IMG/VR virus record: IMGVR_UViG_3300027159_000392
From: an uncultured virus (IMG/VR IMGVR_UViG_3300027159_000392)
Taxonomy: Duplodnaviria; Heunggongvirae; Uroviricota; Caudoviricetes
Direction: 5' to 3' (one strand)
Length of the DNA: 64,000 nt
In this document: one piece after another, positions 58,242 to 64,000 of the stretch
How the letters are laid out: each line of letters opens with the position of its first letter
Numbering within the stretch: the first letter of the stretch is position 1
Program-made: the position numbers and the translations under genes
Notes under the pieces: generated by a model
What the model saw: the letters and a program-made list of their open reading frames with translations, nothing else
Databases searched by the model: none
What the model was told of the DNA's origin: nothing

Positions 58242-59896
58242 TACAATTAGGTATATCAGCATTTTACCATGATTCTGCAGCTTGTATAGTTGAAAATGGT
58301 AAAGTAATAGCAGCAGCAGAAGAAGAAAGATTTACTGAATTAAAGCACGATAGTTCGTTTCCTTTAAACGCTATTAAATACTGTTTAGAAAGCACTAATA
58401 CTAGTATAGATGATATTTCTGAAGTATGCTGGTACGAAGATCCTGCTTTAAAAAGAGATAGGGTAGAGAAGATATTTAGCAAACACCCATTACGTACCTT
58501 TTTTACTAAGAAAAGATTTAGAAAAGAGTTCGCAAAAAATAAACCTAAAAGGTTACTTTTTGATTTAGGGTATAAGGGTAAAATTAGCTATACCCCTCAT
58601 CATGAATCTCATGCTGCTTTTTCGTTCTTTACTTCCCCATATAAATCAGCAGATATACTAGTAGTAGACGGAGTAGGAGAATGGCAAACAGTATCTTTCT
58701 GGAAAGGTGAAGGAAAAGAACTAAAATTAAAACATTCTTATAAGTTTCCAAATTCACTAGGTATGTTTTATTCAACTATGACTGCATTTCTTGGGTTTAA
58801 ACCTAATGAAGGGGAATATAAAGTGATGGGATTAGCACCTTATGGTAACCCTGGAAAATATTTTGATTTACTTAAAAGCACGATAGAGTTAACAGGTTTT
58901 AAAGTAAACCAGAAGTTTTACACTTGGGAATATACAGATAAGATAATGTTTAATTCTAAGCTTGCAAAACTTTTAAACCTATCACCTAGACTTCCAGAAG
59001 AAGAGGTTACTCAAGATCATAAGGACTTAGCAGCTTCAATTCAAGCAGTGTATGAATATTTTTTCTTAGAGTTTGTACATAAAATGAAACTGATAGGTAA
59101 AAGCGATAATTTATGTTTAGGAGGAGGATGTGCTTATAACGGTGTTGCTAATTACAAAGCATATAAACACTATAATAATATACACATACCATTTGCCCCT
59201 TCTGATGCTGGTTCTGCAATAGGAGCATGTTTAAATAATTACAGAGGCCCGATTAAAGATAATGTTTCTCCTTACTTAGGTAATAGTTACACAAAAGAGG
59301 AATATCTAGACCAGATTTTAGCTAATTCAGACAAAGTAGATTTTATAGAATTTGCTGAAGAAAAACTAATGAATAGAGTTGCTAAATTACTGTACTCAGA
59401 TAAGATAGTAGCATGGTTCCAAGATAGAATGGAATTTGGCGCTAGAGCATTAGGTAATAGGAGTATTTTAGCTTCACCTTATAACCCTAAAATGCGTGAA
59501 AAGTTAAATTTAGTAATTAAAAAAAGAGAAGGTTTTAGACCTTTCGCTCCTTCTGTCATTGAAGAAGATACAACTAAATACTTTCTTACTAAAGACAAAA
59601 TACCGTATATGAACCAGGTAGTAAAGGTAAAGAATGGCTCTTTAAATAAATTTCCATCAGCTACTCATATAGATGGTACAGCAAGAGTACAGTCTGTTAG
59701 TAAGAAACAAAATGAAAGGTACTATTTATTGTTAGATGCTTTTAAGAGACTATCAGGACATGGAGTTCTACTGAATACCTCTTTTAACTTAAAAGACGAA
59801 ACAATAACAAGAACACCTAACCAAGCAATCAAAAGATTTCTCAACAGTGATATAGATTACTTGGTATTAGGAAATTATTTAGTATTAAAAAAATGA
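58238..59896 (+). CDS. O-carbamoyltransferase (NodU/CmcH/TobZ family)
   Basis: GISAFYHDSAA, EEERF, HH.SHAA, DGVGE, EYKVMGLAPYG, GGCAYN, DAG.AIG, EFGARALGNRS, FRPFAP, H.DGTARVQ, LLNTSFN. Confidence 0.95.
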   Translation: MIQLGISAFYHDSAACIVENGKVIAAAEEERFTELKHDSSFPLNAIKYCLESTNTSIDDISEVCWYEDPALKRDRVEKIFSKHPLRTFFTKKRFRKEFAKNKPKRLLFDLGYKGKISYTPHHESHAAFSFFTSPYKSADILVVDGVGEWQTVSFWKGEGKELKLKHSYKFPNSLGMFYSTMTAFLGFKPNEGEYKVMGLAPYGNPGKYFDLLKSTIELTGFKVNQKFYTWEYTDKIMFNSKLAKLLNLSPRLPEEEVTQDHKDLAASIQAVYEYFFLEFVHKMKLIGKSDNLCLGGGCAYNGVANYKAYKHYNNIHIPFAPSDAGSAIGACLNNYRGPIKDNVSPYLGNSYTKEEYLDQILANSDKVDFIEFAEEKLMNRVAKLLYSDKIVAWFQDRMEFGARALGNRSILASPYNPKMREKLNLVIKKREGFRPFAPSVIEEDTTKYFLTKDKIPYMNQVVKVKNGSLNKFPSATHIDGTARVQSVSKKQNERYYLLLDAFKRLSGHGVLLNTSFNLKDETITRTPNQAIKRFLNSDIDYLVLGNYLVLKK

Positions 59897-60009
59897 AAAT
59901 ATTCAACTACATAAAGAACTGGTATACTACCTATAAAAAGAATAAACTCTACAATAAGAAAATTAAGGAGTTGAAAAAAAGGGATCCGTTTAGTTATAAG
60001 AATTTCTAG
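59893..60009 (+). CDS. Small basic peptide coupled to the carbamoyltransferase (38 aa)
   Basis: ATGA overlap; MKIFNYIKNWY...KELKKRDPFSYKNF*. Confidence 0.55.
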   Translation: MKIFNYIKNWYTTYKKNKLYNKKIKELKKRDPFSYKNF

Positions 60010-60035
60010 TACTATTTATATAATATACTCTTACT

Positions 60036-61331
60036 ATGGCGAATTTCAAGGACACGAGAATAAATCAAACCTACCAACGACTTGTACAGGTAGACGGTGC
60101 AATCTTACAAGACGGTAAAGGAAATGTAATTTCCGGATCAATGGGAGACTTAACAATAAGTGGGTCTTTAAATATCATTGGTCATACCAATGTATCTGCT
60201 TCATTAAGCAGGTTAAATTCTTTTAGTTCTTCAATAGATGATATATATGCAACAGACGTTGATGTAACTGCAGTATCTTCTAGAGTAACTAGCTTAGAAA
60301 ACTTTTCTAGTTCTTTAGATGCTACATACGCTACAGATGAACAGCTCGATATAGTATCACAATCTCTTTCTTTAGAAACCGCTCAACTTTTAGACTTTAG
60401 TGCTTCGTTAGATGCTACATTTGCAACCGATGCTCAATTAACAACAGCAGTAGAAGCTCTTAATGCATCAACTAGTTCTTTAGCACATAAGAATGCAATA
60501 TCCGGTGCTTTTTCAATTACCTCAGCTTCTTTAGCTAGCCAAATTGCTTCCTTAGACTCTGAATATGCATCTGATATACAATTAACAAATTTATCATCTT
60601 CAGCAGCTAATACCTACTTGTCTAAAGCAGGAAAAATTATTCTTAGTAGTAGTGCACAGTTATTTGAGGTATGTGATCCTAGATACGGTTTTACTCCTTA
60701 TGATGCTAGATATGCTAATAGTGGTTCTTTTACAGAATTAAGCGCATCATTACAGACAGATTATGTATTAAGTAGTTCTTTTGCAGTCTTAAGCTCTTCC
60801 TTGCAATCTGATATTACTGCATTAAATAATTATACGGGTTCTGCCAATATTATTCTTCAAGACCATGAACTACAGAGGTATTTACATGGTGAAAGGTTAA
60901 CAAGTATAGAAACCTTTACTAGTTCAATACAAAGTACAGTAGACGGCTTATTGACTGATTATACCTCAGATGTTGAATTAACAAATTTTTCATCCTCAGC
61001 AGCTAATACGTATTTAACTAAACAGGGAAAAATTATTATAAGTAGTAGTGTGCAGTTATTTAGTATCTGTGATCCTAGATATGGCTTTACTCCTTATGAT
61101 GCTAGATATGCTAATATTAATAGTATAACAGGTTCCTTTGCTATAGAATCAAGCAGAATAGATTCATTAGAGACAGTAGTAAGCTCTTCAGCATTACTTA
61201 ATTTAACTCCTAGTGCAACTTTACCGACTAATGTAAATACCGGATCATTAGCAGTAACTGGAAGTACATTAGCTTTCTATGACGGAAATAACTGGAAAGT
61301 AGTAATTACAGGTTCAACTTTACCATTATAG
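60036..61331 (+). CDS. Ser-rich putative virion/fibre protein with a 52-aa internal duplication
   Basis: TATTTATA at 60013; FSSSLDATYATD repeats; 60564-60719 duplicated at 60960-61115 (...CDPRYGFTPYDARYAN); ends LAFYDG..W. Confidence 0.6.
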   Translation: MANFKDTRINQTYQRLVQVDGAILQDGKGNVISGSMGDLTISGSLNIIGHTNVSASLSRLNSFSSSIDDIYATDVDVTAVSSRVTSLENFSSSLDATYATDEQLDIVSQSLSLETAQLLDFSASLDATFATDAQLTTAVEALNASTSSLAHKNAISGAFSITSASLASQIASLDSEYASDIQLTNLSSSAANTYLSKAGKIILSSSAQLFEVCDPRYGFTPYDARYANSGSFTELSASLQTDYVLSSSFAVLSSSLQSDITALNNYTGSANIILQDHELQRYLHGERLTSIETFTSSIQSTVDGLLTDYTSDVELTNFSSSAANTYLTKQGKIIISSSVQLFSICDPRYGFTPYDARYANINSITGSFAIESSRIDSLETVVSSSALLNLTPSATLPTNVNTGSLAVTGSTLAFYDGNNWKVVITGSTLPL

Positions 61332-61333
61332 AG

Positions 61334-61362
61334 TTGCTTATGAAATAAAAAGTTCTTATATT
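61334..61362 (+). promoter_or_regulatory. TTG-N20-TATATT promoter of the queD-queE unit
   Basis: TTG at 61334, TATATT at 61357. Confidence 0.65.
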
Positions 61363-61378
61363 ATATATATATGACTAT

Positions 61379-61405
61379 AGTGTCGTAGTACCACTTTAAA
61401 AACAC
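61379..61405 (+). ncRNA. preQ1-I-like riboswitch aptamer (copy A)
   Basis: AGTG-TCGTAGTAC-CACT-TTAAAAACAC, 2 nt before ATG 61408, at the head of the unit containing queD and queE. Confidence 0.65.
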
Positions 61406-61407
61406 TT

Positions 61408-61647
61408 ATGAAAAAATTAGAAAAAAAGGTTATGCAAGAACTCTATAATAGAGAAGAAAGAGAGAATAATGCCTCTCTTGAGATCAATGGTCAGAAAGTA
61501 CCAGATCCAAAATTACACCAAACAATTTCATTTATTAAATCAGCTATCCGTATTTTAGGTTATGCTGCATTATGCTATAGTTTAGATTTAGCAGTAGGTT
61601 TACTTATATTAAGTGAAGGAATAGGAATTGTAGAAGAATTAGTTTAA
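61408..61647 (+). CDS. Small protein with hydrophobic C-terminal half
   Basis: ISFIKSAIRILGYAALCYSLDLAVGLLILSEGIGIVEELV. Confidence 0.6.
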   Translation: MKKLEKKVMQELYNREERENNASLEINGQKVPDPKLHQTISFIKSAIRILGYAALCYSLDLAVGLLILSEGIGIVEELV

Positions 61648-61657
61648 AAAATAAGTT

Positions 61658-62128
61658 ATGGGAAAATTTCAATCAACAAAAGTCTTTGACGGGTTTAGTA
61701 CTTGTTTTAGACAATGGAAAGCAGAAACTACTCACTGTAGATTCTTACATGGGTACGGAGTATCTTTTAAACTATGGTTTGAAGGAGAATTAGATGATAG
61801 GAACTGGGTATGGGACTTTGGAGGCATGAAAAGAGCTAAAGCTACGATAGACGGAATGTCTCCTAAAGCATGGATGGACTATATGTTTGATCATACGGTT
61901 ATAATTGCGGAAGATGATCCTCAACTTGCCGGGTACTTCAAAAAATTAGATAGAAACGGCACTATTCAGCTAAGAGTAATTGAAGCAGTAGGAGCAGAGA
62001 AATTTGCAGAGTACCTCTACAATAAAATTAATCCATTTTTGTTAGAAGAGACAGACGGCAGGGTAAAGCTAGCTAAAGTTGAATTTAGAGAACACGGTAA
62101 AAACACAGCATTATATGAGCCTAGGTAG
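61658..62128 (+). CDS. queD: 6-carboxy-5,6,7,8-tetrahydropterin synthase
   Basis: HCRFLHGY, WVWDFG, FDH, E..A, EFREH.KN.A.Y. Confidence 0.88.
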   Translation: MGKFQSTKVFDGFSTCFRQWKAETTHCRFLHGYGVSFKLWFEGELDDRNWVWDFGGMKRAKATIDGMSPKAWMDYMFDHTVIIAEDDPQLAGYFKKLDRNGTIQLRVIEAVGAEKFAEYLYNKINPFLLEETDGRVKLAKVEFREHGKNTALYEPR

Positions 62129-62894
62129 AATAGAAGATTACGATAAAAACTTACCGATCGTTGAAATATACACGGCAGTACAATCAGAAGGATCCAGAGC
62201 AGGTTATCCTACAGTGGTTATTAGGACTACTGGCTGTACTCATAGGTGTTATTTCGGAGAAGGTGGATGGTGTGATAGCTGGTATACTTCTATACATCCA
62301 GAAAAAGGAAAATACTCATTTAATGATATTATAAAAGCATATGACGATAATCCTCATATATCAGAAATGATGTTAACAGGAGGAAGTCCTTCTATGCATA
62401 AGAAACTAGTAAACGAATTAACACATTTAGCAAATGAAAGAAATATCTTCATTACTATGGAGAATGAAGGTAGCCATTTTCTACCTACTGATTATCCTAT
62501 TAATTTACTTTCAATCAGTCCGAAGTTCAGCAATTCGGTACCTGTACTCGGTGTCGAAACTCCTGAAGGAAAGATTACAGATGAGAAAATGATAAAGCAG
62601 CATAATAAGTTTAGACTTAATTACCCTGCTATAAAAGAAAGTATTGCATACCATTCAGACTACCATTTAAAGCCTGTATGGGACGGGAAAGACGAAGGAG
62701 CATTAGAAGAGATTATGGACTGTATAGAGCAATTGGATGCACCTAAGGATAAAGTATGGTTTATGCCTGCTGGGGATACTCGAGCAGCATTACAAAAGTC
62801 TTATCCAGTCATGTTTGATTGGGTTAGAGATAATGGATATAGATTAACCTGGAGACCGCATATTATTGCGTTTGAAGATCAAAGAGAAGTATAA
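62115..62894 (+). CDS. queE: 7-carboxy-7-deazaguanine synthase (radical SAM)
   Basis: EIY.AVQSEG..AG.PTV.IRT.GCTHRC...WCDS.YT, LTGG.P, ISPK, R.H; ATG at 62115 preferred. Confidence 0.9.
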   Translation: MSLGRIEDYDKNLPIVEIYTAVQSEGSRAGYPTVVIRTTGCTHRCYFGEGGWCDSWYTSIHPEKGKYSFNDIIKAYDDNPHISEMMLTGGSPSMHKKLVNELTHLANERNIFITMENEGSHFLPTDYPINLLSISPKFSNSVPVLGVETPEGKITDEKMIKQHNKFRLNYPAIKESIAYHSDYHLKPVWDGKDEGALEEIMDCIEQLDAPKDKVWFMPAGDTRAALQKSYPVMFDWVRDNGYRLTWRPHIIAFEDQREV

Positions 62895-63202
62895 TGAGTT
62901 TTATAATTGGATCACCTTGCGTTAGTACTTGCGATACAGCCTGTGTAGCAGTTTGCCCTGTAGACTGTATTCACGGTCCTATAGATATTACTGGAGCAGG
63001 AGCAGAAGTAGCAGGAATGTCCAAAGAAGACTTAATCGGTAAAAGCCTATACATAAACCCAGAAGAATGTATCGACTGTGGAGCTTGTGTTCCGGAATGC
63101 CCTGTAGAAGCAATTTTCGATAGTGAAGAAGAAGCAATCGAAGCAGGAGAAAAAGAGGCAGTTATTAACAACTATAAATTTTTCGGTTTAGATTATGAAT
63201 GA
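62894..63202 (+). CDS. Dicluster ferredoxin
   Basis: [17 protein letters not shown] and [17 protein letters not shown]; coupled to queE. Confidence 0.9.
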   Translation: MSFIIGSPCVSTCDTACVAVCPVDCIHGPIDITGAGAEVAGMSKEDLIGKSLYINPEECIDCGACVPECPVEAIFDSEEEAIEAGEKEAVINNYKFFGLDYE

Positions 63203-63368
63203 AAAAGAATTTGTACAGTGGTTAAAAGGATTCATAGAAGGAGTACACCACTATAATATTACTCCAGCTCAATTTGACCATTTAAAAGAGAAATTACAAT
63301 CAGTAGGTAATACCTCTATAGCAAACTATTCTACTGGCAACTGGGTAACGAATAATACATGGGAGTAA
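63195..63368 (+). CDS. Small hypothetical protein (57 aa, not in ORF track)
   Basis: [16 protein letters not shown]...NNTWE*; overlaps both neighbours. Confidence 0.6.
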   Translation: MNEKEFVQWLKGFIEGVHHYNITPAQFDHLKEKLQSVGNTSIANYSTGNWVTNNTWE

Positions 63369-63763
63369 AAAGAGTTTATTATAGTTGGGAGGATGTTTAT
63401 AAACTCCTCGATAACATACACGCACAAACAAAAGGAAAAATAGATTACGTAACAGGAATTCCTAGAGGAGGTACTATCTTAGCAATAATGTATTCACATC
63501 GTTTTGATATTCCTTACTTTGAATATAAAAGTAATCACTACCCTAGACTGTTAATTATAGATGATATAGCAGATAGTGGAGAGACAATATTAAAATGGAG
63601 AGAAGAAATGTTTAATCCTAAGTTTGCTACTCTACATTACAAAACATCCTCGAAAGCAAAACCAGAATATTTCGCAAAAGAGATACCTGATGATTACGGT
63701 TGGATTGTATACCCTTGGGAAAAAGAAACTTCCAAAACTATTCAAGATTATTTGGATGTTTAA
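63359..63763 (+). CDS. Type I phosphoribosyltransferase (xanthine-guanine PRT-like)
   Basis: GIPRGG, LLIIDDIADSGET (PRPP loop), WIVYPWE. Confidence 0.88.
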   Translation: MGVKRVYYSWEDVYKLLDNIHAQTKGKIDYVTGIPRGGTILAIMYSHRFDIPYFEYKSNHYPRLLIIDDIADSGETILKWREEMFNPKFATLHYKTSSKAKPEYFAKEIPDDYGWIVYPWEKETSKTIQDYLDV

Positions 63764-63780
63764 AATAAATTTCTTATCTT
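63752..63780 (+). promoter_or_regulatory. TTG-N20-TATCTT promoter of probable folE
   Basis: TTG at 63752, TATCTT at 63775. Confidence 0.65.
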
Positions 63781-63790
63781 TAATTAAGAA

Positions 63791-63818
63791 TGAGTCGTAG
63801 AACCTCAGTAAAAACAAA
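63791..63818 (+). ncRNA. preQ1-I-like riboswitch aptamer (copy B)
   Basis: TGAG-TCGTAGAAC-CTCA-GTAAAAACAAA, 9 nt before ATG 63828. Confidence 0.72.
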
Positions 63819-63827
63819 TTATATATT

Positions 63828-64000
63828 ATGCCTAAAAAGTTTATAGAAGGAACAGAATTAGTAAGAGCCGGATTCGCTAACGGTATTTCAACTCAACTAG
63901 CGGAAAAACAAAAGACAGAAGGACCAGAAGCTAGACTTACTGATCATGAAAAGCAAGTTATTATAAAAAGAGCATCAGAAGCATATGCAAACTTTTTAAC
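63828..64000 (+). CDS. folE: Probable GTP cyclohydrolase I N-terminus (truncated by the window end)
   Basis: MPKKFIEGTELVRAGFANG...LTDHEKQVIIKRASEAYANFL. The helix pattern resembles the FolE N-terminus and the context is queC/D/E; catalytic motifs lie outside the window. Confidence 0.55.
   Translation, partial: MPKKFIEGTELVRAGFANGISTQLAEKQKTEGPEARLTDHEKQVIIKRASEAYANFL

Noticed and set aside
20863..60009. Saxitoxin-like gene set (amidinotransferase, carbamoyltransferase, sulfotransferase, GDSL protein, small peptide)
   Set aside because: No SxtA-like PKS/AONS or other core genes; the genes are dispersed and sit among sugar enzymes.
60564..61115. 156-nt duplicated segment as a DGR TR/VR pair
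   Set aside because: Both copies are in frame within one ORF, and the differences are not adenine-restricted.
57504..61340. tRNA-Ala as an integration site with a flanking att repeat
   Set aside because: No duplicate of the tRNA 3' end was seen at the far side of the insert, and there is no integrase in the window.
1..64000. Stop-codon reassignment, as seen in some large Bacteroidota phages
   Set aside because: The standard code gives dense, full-length genes, and TAA, TAG and TGA all end genes at sensible boundaries.

Overview
This is a 64-kb, AT-rich segment of a large contractile-tailed (myovirus-type) phage genome. Every credible gene is on the + strand and uses the standard code. Gene order: (1) 1-10.3 kb, Ser/Thr/Gly-rich virion and tail-fibre genes, one ending in an S74 chaperone domain; (2) 10.3-33.4 kb, a tightly coupled block of about 23 glycan or small-molecule modification genes (GT2, two GT7 with inserted LamG-like domains, a NodZ/GT11-like enzyme, three paralogous GT-like proteins, two twitch-type radical SAMs, a B12 radical SAM, a short DegT aminotransferase next to an amidinotransferase, two NDP-sugar epimerases, an NDP-sugar dehydrogenase, two SGNH proteins, a methyltransferase); (3) 33.8-45.7 kb, tail sheath, tube, a gp26-like chaperone with a probable +1 frameshift extension, tape measure and baseplate genes; (4) 45.8-56.5 kb, replication genes (atypical PolA-family protein, SSB, RecA/UvsX, 5'-3' exonuclease, DnaB, RNR beta and alpha, thioredoxin); (5) 56.5-64 kb, 7-deazaguanine (preQ0) biosynthesis genes queC, queD, queE, ferredoxin, a PRTase and probable folE, interrupted by tRNA-Ala, a sulfotransferase, a carbamoyltransferase and a virion-like gene. 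Promoter shape (TTG-N20-TATmTT), the lack of Shine-Dalgarno sites and the tRNA point to a Bacteroidota host (inference). The most notable observation is two preQ1-I-riboswitch-like aptamers, plus a third pseudoknot candidate, in the leaders of the phage's own que/folE genes. All calls come from reading motifs by eye; no searches or folding programs were run.
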